A stretch of 64,000 nucleotides of DNA, from assembly GCA_963782775.1 (NCBI GenBank), contig CAWALE010000008.1:172619-236618 (forward strand), written 5' to 3'. The translations under genes and the position numbers were made by a program. The DNA is from an uncultured Acidobacteriaceae bacterium. GTDB lineage: Bacteria > Acidobacteriota > Terriglobia > Terriglobales > Acidobacteriaceae. A model generated the notes under the pieces. That model ran no database searches, had not been told where the DNA came from, and was given only the letters and a program-made list of their open reading frames with translations. This document shows, piece by piece, positions 18,559 through 27,468 of this stretch (its first letter is position 1; every line of letters starts with the position of its first letter).

Positions 18559-19458
18559 TTACTCCCTAATTCCTATTCCCTGATCCCTGCTTTTCGCGAC
18601 GACCGCAATCCCCGCCGTCCGCCGCCCGTTTCAGCAGCGCCTCGCGATCAAACAGCAGCGTCCGACCCGCCTCTACCGATAAGCAACTGGCTCCGGCCTG
18701 GACCATCGTCTCAATCGTCTTCATCCCAATCACCGGCACATCAAACCGCATATCCTGATTCGGCTTCGCGACCTTGACCACCGTCAGACGACGTTCCAAT
18801 GTTGATGCCGGCGAACCATCCTCTTCTTCCATCGATTTCATCAGACGACCCGCCCGCTCAATCGTCGCGTCCGTACCCTCCATGGCCTCTACCGCCACGC
18901 AGGCCTGCGCTGCCACCACCACCGTCTGCCCGATATCGAATCCAGCCAGCGCATTCGCAACGCCCAGGCCATACTCGATATTCTTCCGCTCGTCTTCGCT
19001 CGGCGCTCGACCACCCACACCCTCGGTCAATGCACCTTCCTCCGCCAGCAGCGGCTCCAGAAACTGCGTCGAACTCATCAGCTCGATGCCCTCATCGGCC
19101 AGCACCTTCGCCACGGCCCCCAGCAGCATATCGGTATTCGCGTGTCCGCAGATTCAGCAGCAGCTTCGCCAGCCGCCAGTCCGGCCGGATGCTACTGAAA
19201 ATCTGCTTATGCTTCACCTGCCCCGCCATCACCGCGGCTTTCACGTCTTCCTTGTGAAACACCTCGATCAGCCGCGACAGCTCCCCCAGTGAAAGCCAGT
19301 GCACCTGTAATTTTTGCGTCGGCAGCGGCCCGATTGTTGATCTCCGGGTCCGTCTCCTCGCGAATCGCCGCGACAGTCACCGCTAACCCCTGCGCCCGCG
19401 CCGCATCCAGCAGCAAAAACGGAAACCGCCCATTGCCGGCAATCAGGCCGAGTTTCAT
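18559..19458 (-). CDS. lpxI: UDP-2,3-diacylglucosamine diphosphatase LpxI, ~3 apparent indels
   Basis: 'LGLIAGNGRFP', 'VMAGQVKH', 'DIGQTVVV', 'AVEAMEGTD', 'KVAKPNQDMRFDVPVIG'; lies directly downstream of lpxA. Confidence 0.88.
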
Positions 19459-19460
19459 GT

Positions 19461-20232
19461 CTACTTGATGACCCCGCGCTCGCTTTTTTCAATGAACTTC
19501 ACCAGTAACGCCACGTCCTCGCCCTCAAGCTCTCGAATCCTCTCCAGAGCCTGCGTCGTGTTCAACTTCGACACCAGCAGAAGCCGGAATGCCTTCTGCA
19601 GCGCCTTGATCCGCTCCACGCTGAATCCCCGCCGCTCCAATCCAATGCTGTTCACGCCGAAGGCCTTGTTCTCGCGCCGCGCCGAAGTCTTTGAAAACGG
19701 CAGCACATCCTGCGTCACAATCGTCCCGCCACCGATAAACGCGTACTTCCCTACCGTGCAGAACTGGTGCACCGGGCTGAACGCGCCCACCGTCGCGAAA
19801 TCCTCGATGATCACATGCCCCGCCAGCGTTGCCGCATTCGCCAGGATGCAGCCATTCCCCACAATGCAGTCGTGCCCGATGTGCACCGCGGTCATCAGCA
19901 GGTTCTTCGAACCGACCCGCGTGATACCGCCGCCTTTCACCGTGCCGCGGCTGATCGTCACGCTCTTCGCGAATGGTATTGTCGTCTCCGAGCTCGCACA
20001 GGGTCGGCTCGCCGCCGTACTTTAAATCCTGCGGCGCCATGCCTACCGCACAGAACGGATAAAACACATTCCGCGCTCCGATATGCGTCCGCCCATCCAG
20101 CACCACGTGCGAAATCAACCGGCAATCTTCGCCCAGCACTACATCCGGCCCGATGGTCGAAAACGGCCCCACCTCGCAGGAATCGGGAACCACGGCTCCC
20201 TCGGCCACCACCGCGCTGGGATGGATGCTCAC
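19461..20232 (-). CDS. lpxA: UDP-N-acetylglucosamine acyltransferase LpxA, one apparent indel (~19966)
   Basis: 'IHPSAVV', hexapeptide repeats, 'PQDLKY', 'TISRGT', 'HIGHDC', 'LAGHV', 'VHQF', 'IGLERRGF'. Confidence 0.95.
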
Positions 20233-20738
20233 TCCGCCACCGGCGCCGTCGGCGCTTTCACCTCATCTGGAGTTGTTTCCGCAGCGTCGCCGTGCGCCTT
20301 CCGCTCGCGTGGCACCACCGCGCACATCAGCGTGGCCTCGCAAGCCAGCTTGCCATCCACCGTCGCGCGGCCATGGATCTTGCCCGCCCGCGTCCTGAAC
20401 GACAGAACGTCGACCTCGATTCGCAACTGGTCGCCCGGCGTTACCGGCCGACGAAACTTGGCGCGCTCGATCCCCGTAAACACCACCAGCTTCGAGTGCC
20501 GGTCTTCCATCTCGTGCATCATGATGATGCCGCCCGCCTGCGCCATCGCCTCCACCACCAGCACTCCCGGCATGATGGGATAGCCGGGGAAATGCCCCTG
20601 GAAAAACGGCTCGTTGATGGTCACATTTTTGATCGCCACCAGCCGTTTGGTCGGCTCGAATTCCGTGATCCTGTCGATCAGCAGAAAGGGGTAGCGATGC
20701 GGTAGGAATTCCAGGATCTCCTGGATGTCGAACGTCAT
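20229..20738 (-). CDS. fabZ: 3-hydroxyacyl-ACP dehydratase FabZ
   Basis: 'LPHRYPFLLID', 'KNVTINEPFFQGHFP..PIMPGVLVVEAMAQ'. Confidence 0.98.
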   Translation of the reverse strand: MTFDIQEILEFLPHRYPFLLIDRITEFEPTKRLVAIKNVTINEPFFQGHFPGYPIMPGVLVVEAMAQAGGIIMMHEMEDRHSKLVVFTGIERAKFRRPVTPGDQLRIEVDVLSFRTRAGKIHGRATVDGKLACEATLMCAVVPRERKAHGDAAETTPDEVKAPTAPVAE

Positions 20739-20825
20739 TCTCTGGCTCCAAAAAGCGCGCGAAAACTTACCTGCGCTCCCTGCGGATTATAACGAACCAA
20801 GCCTGTCAACGATCGTTGACAGGCT

Positions 20826-21041
20826 TCAAAGCCTCTCATCCAGCTTCTGCTGCAGCCACGCGCGATCCGCATCGTTGATCGCATCACCGATATCAACCTG
20901 GTGCGCGCCCCTAGCAATCAATTCCTCAAACAACCGGTGCATCCGCAGCGGCTCCAGCGTAGACCACGGCTCCTCGACTGCGGGGGGGACCGCGGATGCG
21001 GTATAGAATGCTTCCGAAATCTTGGTGACCGTGATTGGCAT
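20826..21041 (-). CDS. Small hypothetical protein (71 aa)
   Basis: 'MPITVTKISEAFYTASAVPP...WLQQKLDERL'; fills the gap in a same-strand gene run and has a CAGG RBS-like site. Confidence 0.5.
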   Translation of the reverse strand: MPITVTKISEAFYTASAVPPAVEEPWSTLEPLRMHRLFEELIARGAHQVDIGDAINDADRAWLQQKLDERL

Positions 21042-21082
21042 CCTGTTAGGCCCTGCATCACCTGAACTAATAGCTGCGCCAG

Positions 21083-21907
21083 CTACTTCTTGATCTTCTG
21101 CGCCACCGCATTGATATCCCAAAAATCAGGGCCCAGATCCTGGTTGTAGTGCACCTTGTCGATAAATACCTGCCGCGCCATCTCGCCATTGTGCATGCGC
21201 GTGATAGAAAACGCTGTCGGCAGCCCTTCTATGTCGTGGTAATCCGCATAATCCTCCACGTCGGTGTTCATGTCCTTGTATAACGGATCGCGCCACTTGA
21301 AGCTGCGGGTCAGCGGTAGGTGGGTCTGCACGTCCATCTGGATGGTGATCGCCTCATTCTGGGGCGAGATCATCGTCACCTGGTCCGCCATATGCCTCTC
21401 GGCCATGCGCTGCCCTTCGTACACCAAGATCGTATTCGGATCCTTCATCCACACTTTCACCGCCAATTCAATCGAGTGGTCGCGCCGCCGCATAAAGTCA
21501 TCCACCTGCTCTTGTGGCAGCGGCTTCGCGCCTCGGTAGGTCACCTCTATCCCTTTGCGTGCGATGTAGAACTGCACCACGTCGCGATGCTTCGTATATT
21601 CCACACGATCATGATCGGGCCACTGGTGGTAGTCGAAGAACAGCGTCGTACCTGGATCGGGATCACCGCGATGAAACGCCGCAATATGCCCCTCGCGCTC
21701 TACGTTCTTCTGATTCAGCCACGCATCGCCCCCGAGCGCCTTCACCATCGCGTCCAGCGCCGCACGTGCCTTCGCCGTGTTCTTCTCTCCGGTGTCATCC
21801 ATTGGCGGCGACGCATGTTTCGCAACTGCATCGTCAGCCTGCGCGCTTAATCCAAGCGGCATCGCCAGAGCCACCCCAGCCAGCACCACCGCCCATCCCT
21901 TCCCCAT
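21083..21907 (-). CDS. Exported LolA-like/outer-membrane lipoprotein-sorting fold protein
   Basis: Signal peptide; 'ALDAMVKALGGDAW' and a beta-rich body ending 'YADYHDIEGLPTAFSITRMHNG'. Confidence 0.6.
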   Translation of the reverse strand: MGKGWAVVLAGVALAMPLGLSAQADDAVAKHASPPMDDTGEKNTAKARAALDAMVKALGGDAWLNQKNVEREGHIAAFHRGDPDPGTTLFFDYHQWPDHDRVEYTKHRDVVQFYIARKGIEVTYRGAKPLPQEQVDDFMRRRDHSIELAVKVWMKDPNTILVYEGQRMAERHMADQVTMISPQNEAITIQMDVQTHLPLTRSFKWRDPLYKDMNTDVEDYADYHDIEGLPTAFSITRMHNGEMARQVFIDKVHYNQDLGPDFWDINAVAQKIKK

Positions 21908-21946
21908 TCTTCCTCCGCGCTTTTGTCTAATCCCTATTCCCTGTCT

Positions 21947-22747
21947 TTACCCCACCAGCACCGCTCCCCCATTCACATTTACCACCTCGCCGGAGATAAA
22001 CCCCGCCAGAGGCGTACATAAGAACAGTACCGGTCCCGCAATCTCCCGCGTTGTGGCCACGCGTCCCACCGGAATTCCCGCCCTGATCCGCGCTCCCAGG
22101 GCCGGATCGCGCAGCGTCCCGGCCGACATATCCGTTGCCACCCACCCCGGAGCTACACAGTTCACCATGATTCCACGCGGAGCCAACTCAGTGGACAAGC
22201 TCTTTGTCAGACTGATCAGCGCTCCTTTCGTCACGGCATAGTCCGCGTGCATGGCCTCGCCTCTCTGCCCTGCGGTTGAGCTGATCAACACAATATGCCC
22301 CTTCGTCCCATCCTCGCCAGTCGCAGGAGGACCTTGCAGTTGCATCTGCGTTACCGCCGCCTGCACCAGCCCGAACACCGAGTCGAGATTCACAGCAATC
22401 GTGTTCCGCCACTGCTCCTCGGTCATTAGTTCAATCGGCGCATCCTCCGCCGGCCACACACCGTGGTTCACCACCAGCGCATCCAGCCGCCCAAATGCCT
22501 TCACAGCCGCTGCAACCAGTGCGCGCCCGTCTGACGGCGATCTCAAATCCTGTTCAATCGCCACGCAGCGCTTCGGGCCGCCGCATTCGTCCACCTGCGC
22601 ATGCGCCTGTTCTTTCGCCTGCCGGTAGCTGAACGCTACATACGCGCCCGCTGCCGCAAACAGCCGCACTGTCTCCGCGCCAATTCCGCGCGATCCACCC
22701 GTGACTAGGGCAACCTTCCCGTCCATCACCAACGAAACACCAGCCAT
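21947..22747 (-). CDS. SDR family oxidoreductase (FabG-like)
   Basis: 'LVTGGSRGIG', 'YAVTK' (YxxxK), 'VNCVAPGWVATDM'. Confidence 0.95.
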   Translation of the reverse strand: MAGVSLVMDGKVALVTGGSRGIGAETVRLFAAAGAYVAFSYRQAKEQAHAQVDECGGPKRCVAIEQDLRSPSDGRALVAAAVKAFGRLDALVVNHGVWPAEDAPIELMTEEQWRNTIAVNLDSVFGLVQAAVTQMQLQGPPATGEDGTKGHIVLISSTAGQRGEAMHADYAVTKGALISLTKSLSTELAPRGIMVNCVAPGWVATDMSAGTLRDPALGARIRAGIPVGRVATTREIAGPVLFLCTPLAGFISGEVVNVNGGAVLVG

Positions 22748-22881
22748 AGCGCCAAACTAAAGCATCCGCAAGCGATGTGTCGAGAGTATGCGCGATTCAC
22801 GCGGGGGTGCCCGTTAGGACGCGCACGGGATCAGCGACCTGTTCGATCAACATTTCTGGACTCGGTAATCCCAGCGCACCT

Positions 22882-23500
22882 TCAGAAGCGGAAATACGCA
22901 CCAATCATCGGTTCCGACGTGTGTGTAAATGCATCCGTAGACGTAAAGACCTTCGAAAGGTCCGGGGCCTTGTACAGGTTCCCGCGATACTGGAACCGCA
23001 GTCCGAGGTGCGGTATCAAGCCCAGGTCAAGCCCGGCCCCATACTGGAATACGGCCTGGGTGTCACTGGTCGTGGCAAACTGGTCGCCGGTCGGCTGATT
23101 GAAGAGCACACCCACGCCCGACGAGCGCGAACGGCCTCAGGTTCGCAAGGTGAAGCGAGGCCACCCAGTCTCCGGTGACCTGGTGCGCATTGGCCTCCAC
23201 AGTAATCGGCGCTATCGTCGTGCAGGCAATTCCAGAACAGTCCGACCGATACCTCTGATTAGCGCGGTTATATGAGTACGTGACCTCATAGCCAACCAGC
23301 GGATTCTTGATGTGCCGCAGCTCAACCAGCCCGCCAGCTGAATTCGCGGGACTTTGTACTGTTCCGTTCGCGTTGGTCGTCCCGCTGAATGCGCCGTACA
23401 AACTCAGCGCCACATCGGTCTGCGCCTGCGCTATTCCAGCGCCGCACGTTACAACCAGCGCCACAATCAACAGAAATCTCTGCAACCTCAATCTACGCAT
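22882..23500 (-). CDS. Small outer-membrane beta-barrel protein, one apparent indel (~23120)
   Basis: GGAGG RBS; signal peptide; alternating beta-strands 'LVGYEVTYSY', 'RPFAL', 'YGAGLD', 'LGLRFQYRG'; C-terminal 'GAYFRF'. Confidence 0.8.
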
Positions 23501-23854
23501 GAAGCCTCCCATGAATTCGTTTGAATGGATAAACGGAGACGTATCGATAAACCTGTAAACAAGAATCGCTAAACAAGAATCGAGCCCGATCTTCCCTTGG
23601 ACGCACCTTTCACACAATCGGTGGGTTGACCGCGGGTTACCGAGGTCTCTCCCTTCAAACCGAATCGCGATCCAGGAGTTGCGGTGAATTGTCTCTTTGT
23701 GAGAGGAATTTGCCTGTAACCCCAATTATGAGAAATGTTTGGGGGCGATCATGTTTCTCTACTCCATTGCGAGAGAGGAATTTAGCCGTCAAGCGCGCAA
23801 AACAAGTCGCGATGCGGCAAGGCGGAGAACCCTTGCTGGTCGCCGAACAACGCC

Positions 23855-24046
23855 TCAGATCGCCCGCACCATGCGCACTGGGAGAAAGATGATCGCGCTT
23901 ACGAGCTCCAGTACCCCGCCCACGGCAATTCCGACAAGGCGGAACGGAAGCAGAAGAAGCCATACAAATGGATAGGCAATCACCGCCAGCAACGCCAGCG
24001 GCCAGCAGATAACCAGAAGAATGCACCACAAAAGAAATTTCGCCAT
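23855..24046 (-). CDS. Small hydrophobic membrane protein (63 aa)
   Basis: GAGGG RBS; 'MAKFLLWCILLVICWPLALLAVIAYPFVWLLLLPFRLVGIAV...'. Confidence 0.65.
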   Translation of the reverse strand: MAKFLLWCILLVICWPLALLAVIAYPFVWLLLLPFRLVGIAVGGVLELVSAIIFLPVRMVRAI

Positions 24047-24265
24047 AACGTCGCCCTCAAGCTGTGACAACGAAGATACGCGCGCTCCTCAATGATGGTT
24101 CCACGCAAACAAATCCACCCTGAGGCGTGCAGGAGGGTTTATCAATGAGGGATTTCCGGTTCGATGGTTAGCCGAAAAGAGCCTTCCAGAACACTCGGAT
24201 TATGAAGCCACAACATCATCGGCATCCCTTTCTTTCTGCGTGGGGCGGGCACCCTACTTTCCAAC

Positions 24266-25113
24266 CTTTTGCTCGCGCCTTCAGCACTTTCAAAACTATG
24301 ACTCCGAAAAGGTACCCGCACACCTCAGGATGGTCCCACGCCGGGCAATGATCCAACCGGGGACTAGCCTTCTCGCATCTAGCCAGACTGGACTCGGAAG
24401 GCGCAGCCCTGCATGCTCAAAGTCGTTCTCGCGGTTGCCGCTCTTCTGCTGTGCGGAGATCCGGGTCTGGCGCACGCACAAAAACGCGTCGAAGCCGGAT
24501 TCCTTCTCGATTATCTAAGCGTATCGCAGACACAAACCAACAACTTCGGAGTGGGTGGAAGGCTCGGAGTTCGCGTACATCACAACGTGATGGTGGAAGG
24601 AGAGTTCGCCTACGATTACGGGGTCAACTTCCAGGAGGCTTACAACAACATCGCCAGCGGCAATGTAAATGCGATTGAACAGACTTCGATAGGGGTCACT
24701 CAAGTTCTGTTCGGGCCAAAGCTCGAGCCTGCCCATGGTCATTTTCATCCATTTGTCACGCTGAAAGGCGGCTTCATCGACTTCCGGCTTAGCCCGAGCC
24801 TGATTCCATATAGCGGTGTCGTGAGTACCGTGCTTGGCATCCGTGACTCCAATCTGAACGCTGCACTTTATCCGGGTGGTGGCGCGGAGGCAACTCTGGG
24901 TCCCGTCGGATTGCGACTCGAGTTCGGCGACCTTGTTTATTTCAACGAGGGTGCGCACAACAACCTGCGGATTACATTCGGCCCAATCCTGCGATTCTGA
25001 CATTTGCGGGTGTTCGGATCAGATGGTGGACCATTCGCGTCACTTACTTGTCTTTCTTTGCCCGGCCCAAGGTCTTGCTCTCAACCACTTTTGCTCGCGC
25101 CTTCAGCTCTTTC
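24266..25113. repeat. 26-bp direct repeat pair (24266-24291 and 25088-25113) flanking an OMP gene
   Basis: CTTTTGCTCGCGCCTTCAGC(A/T)CTTTC; 25 of 26 bases identical. Confidence 0.75.
24413..25000 (+). CDS. Small outer-membrane beta-barrel protein
   Basis: Signal peptide ending AHA; 'GVGGRLG', 'LFGPK', 'HPFVTLKGG', 'YPGGGAE'; C-terminal 'FGPILRF'. Confidence 0.8.
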   Translation: MLKVVLAVAALLLCGDPGLAHAQKRVEAGFLLDYLSVSQTQTNNFGVGGRLGVRVHHNVMVEGEFAYDYGVNFQEAYNNIASGNVNAIEQTSIGVTQVLFGPKLEPAHGHFHPFVTLKGGFIDFRLSPSLIPYSGVVSTVLGIRDSNLNAALYPGGGAEATLGPVGLRLEFGDLVYFNEGAHNNLRITFGPILRF

Positions 25114-25515
25114 TTTCGTGCGCTGATGGCCTTTTTCCGCTCTTTTTCAGGCAGCGCCAGCACCGTCTTCGTCCGCTTTGGCAGCTTTTCGAAGATCAGG
25201 TCATGGGCCCTGCGCAGTTCCTCCTCAATCTCCCGCGGACGGCAGAGCATTCCACCGCTCCAGCGTCACCCAATATGCCTTGGCCAGGTACGGCGAGGCA
25301 ACGATTCCATCAACCTCAAGCAGCTCGTGAAACCGTTCCGCTCCGCAATGGAACCACAGCACACCGGTCCCGGAGCCATCCAGGTCCGTCATGGCAAACA
25401 TCTTGCCGCCAATATCCCGGTCTCCCGCCCAATAGACCAGGTGATGGCCCCAGTTCAGCGTCTCCGCCACATGCGGCAGCGCCATGCAGATCGCTCGGAT
25501 ACGTTCGTTATCCAT
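25044..25515 (-). CDS. MmcQ/YjbR family DNA-binding protein, one apparent indel (~25243)
   Basis: 'ICMALPHVAETLNWG..LVY...GGKMFA', 'PYLAKAYWV', 'AHDLIFEKLPKR'. Confidence 0.85.
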
Positions 25516-25566
25516 CCTCGAAATTCTAGCCCCGCCAAACTGTGCAAAAAATCCTCAAGAACCTAC

Positions 25567-25614
25567 TTGACGTCATACACTAGTTGTAATACAGTATGTG
25601 AAGTACAGTGTATG
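25567..25614 (+). promoter_or_regulatory. Sigma-70 promoter overlapped by a candidate PadR operator
   Basis: TTGACG-17bp-TACAGT; inverted repeat CATACACT (25574-25581)/AGTGTATG (25607-25614); repeated TACAG/TATGT half-sites. Confidence 0.6.
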
Positions 25615-25637
25615 TCGCACAGCGATGAGGCAACAGC

Positions 25638-25994
25638 ATGACAGTAGCTGAAAACCAATTTGAAAGCCTTCGCCTCGAACTCCGGCGCGGCAGCCTGACC
25701 CTGGCAGTCCTGGCCCAGCTCCGCGAGGAGCATTACGGCTACACGCTCCGCAAGGATCTGGCCGAGCGCGGCCTGGAGATCGACGAAAGCACGCTTTACC
25801 CGCTCCTCCGCCGACTTGAGACGCAGGGCTTGCTCGTGAGCCAGTGGCGCGAAGAAGACAAACGCAACAAGCGCTTCTACCGCCTCTCGCCCGATGGCGA
25901 GCAGATACTCGCCAAACTGCTGGAGGAGTGGCAGGCCATCAACACCTCCATCACAAGCATCTTCGAACACCCTGAATCCCAGAGCAGCAAGTAA
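25638..25994 (+). CDS. PadR family transcriptional regulator
   Basis: 'ELRRGSLTLAVLAQL...HYGYTL', 'TLYPLLRRLE.QGLL.S.W', 'RFYRLS..G'. Confidence 0.95.
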   Translation: MTVAENQFESLRLELRRGSLTLAVLAQLREEHYGYTLRKDLAERGLEIDESTLYPLLRRLETQGLLVSQWREEDKRNKRFYRLSPDGEQILAKLLEEWQAINTSITSIFEHPESQSSK

Positions 25995-26004
25995 GGAAAC
26001 CGCC

Positions 26005-27051
26005 ATGGAACTTCTCGAACGTTATCTCCAAGCCGTCAAGAAGTACTTGCCAGCCCGCCGGCAAGACGACATCATCGCCGAACTGCGTGCCAACATGGAG
26101 TCGCAGATCGAAGATCGGGAATCCGAACTTGGCCGCACACTGACCACCGGTGAGCTCGAAGACCTTCTGCGCAAGATGGGCCATCCCATGCTCGTGGCTT
26201 CGCGCTACCAGCCGCAGCAATACCTCATCGGACCCACGCTCTTCCCGATGTATCTCTATGTGCTGCGAATCACCATGTTGTGGGCGTTCGTTATTTGCAT
26301 GATCGTCACGGTCGTCGTCACACCGCTCACCACCACAGGCGCCAGGGCCATCTTCGAGTCTCTCTTGCGCATGCCGGGCATCCTCATCCAGACTGCGGCA
26401 TGGATCACCCTGGTCTTCGCAGCGCTCGACTTCTTCTGGGCGCGGTATCCAAACGCCTTTCCAACTTCCACCGGCATCTCCACCGGCGTCACCAAAAACT
26501 GGAATCCCAGTACGCTGCCGCCGCTCGAGAAAGACGCCAACCGGCCCGGCAAGCGGCGCTCGTTCGCTATTGCAGTCGCTGAGATCATCTTCAGTTCCCT
26601 GTTCCTGGTTTGGCTGCTGCTCATCCCGAGCCATCCATTCCTGATGCTCGGGCCCGGCGTTGTCTTTCTGAAGGTCGTTCCGTACCAGCTCTCGCCAGCG
26701 TGGTGGGCCTTCTTCTGGTGGATCGTTGCGCTCAATATCGTCCAGATCGTCTGGAAATGCATCGACCTTCTTCGCGGCAAATGGTCGCAGCCCAGCCGCA
26801 TCCAGCAAGTCGCCTCCAAGACATTGGGGCTCATCCCGATCGTCATTCTGCTCACGGCTCCTGGGCGTATCTACCTCTCGCTCAAGAATCCCGCGCTCGA
26901 TCAGGCCCGCTACGGCCAGAACCTCGACCAGATCAATAACGGAATTCACTACGCCTTCGTCGTGATCTGCGCCATCGTCGTACTGCAGCTCGTCATCGAC
27001 CTAAGCAAGTGGGCCTGGGACACCCGCCGCGCTCGCCTCGCGGCGGAATAG
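26005..27051 (+). CDS. Membrane protein with an N-terminal HAAS-type domain (PadR partner)
   Basis: 'LLERYLQAVKKYLP..RQDDIIAELR...LRKMGHP..VA.RY', followed by multiple TM helices. Confidence 0.8.
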   Translation: MELLERYLQAVKKYLPARRQDDIIAELRANMESQIEDRESELGRTLTTGELEDLLRKMGHPMLVASRYQPQQYLIGPTLFPMYLYVLRITMLWAFVICMIVTVVVTPLTTTGARAIFESLLRMPGILIQTAAWITLVFAALDFFWARYPNAFPTSTGISTGVTKNWNPSTLPPLEKDANRPGKRRSFAIAVAEIIFSSLFLVWLLLIPSHPFLMLGPGVVFLKVVPYQLSPAWWAFFWWIVALNIVQIVWKCIDLLRGKWSQPSRIQQVASKTLGLIPIVILLTAPGRIYLSLKNPALDQARYGQNLDQINNGIHYAFVVICAIVVLQLVIDLSKWAWDTRRARLAAE

Positions 27052-27153
27052 CCCTCTCATGTTTTGGCTATCGCGCGGCCAACCGTCACTGGCCGAGCTC
27101 CATTGGATACCGTTTCAACACTCGCGGACGAGGGCGCCCGCATTGGAGGATTT

Positions 27154-27468
27154 ATGCGCCGTCTCATCACTCACTTCAACGCTCTGTTCCTCGGCGTTAT
27201 CCTCGGTATGATCTTCGTGGCGATCGCCCATGCACCTCTATCCCATCGGCAGGACATGGTCCGTGCTCACGGGATCACGATAGGCTACGAGATCGTCGGA
27301 GCGAAAGATCAGACAACCATTCTGCTGATTGCGGGAACGACGACGCAGCTCGTCCGCTTGCCTGCAGGGCTCTGCGCGCACCTTGCGAACCAGGGCTGCC
27401 ACGCGTCGCCCTTTGTCACATCGGCCTCTCTCGTTAGACCTGCAACTCGTCAGCAGGTAAAGAAGTAG
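27154..27468 (+). pseudogene. Truncated alpha/beta-hydrolase fragment
   Basis: 'AHGITIGYEIVG..DQTTILLIAG..TQL...P..LC..LA.QG' matches a hydrolase N-terminus, but the ORF ends before any GxSxG nucleophile and overlaps the next gene's 3' end. Confidence 0.55.
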
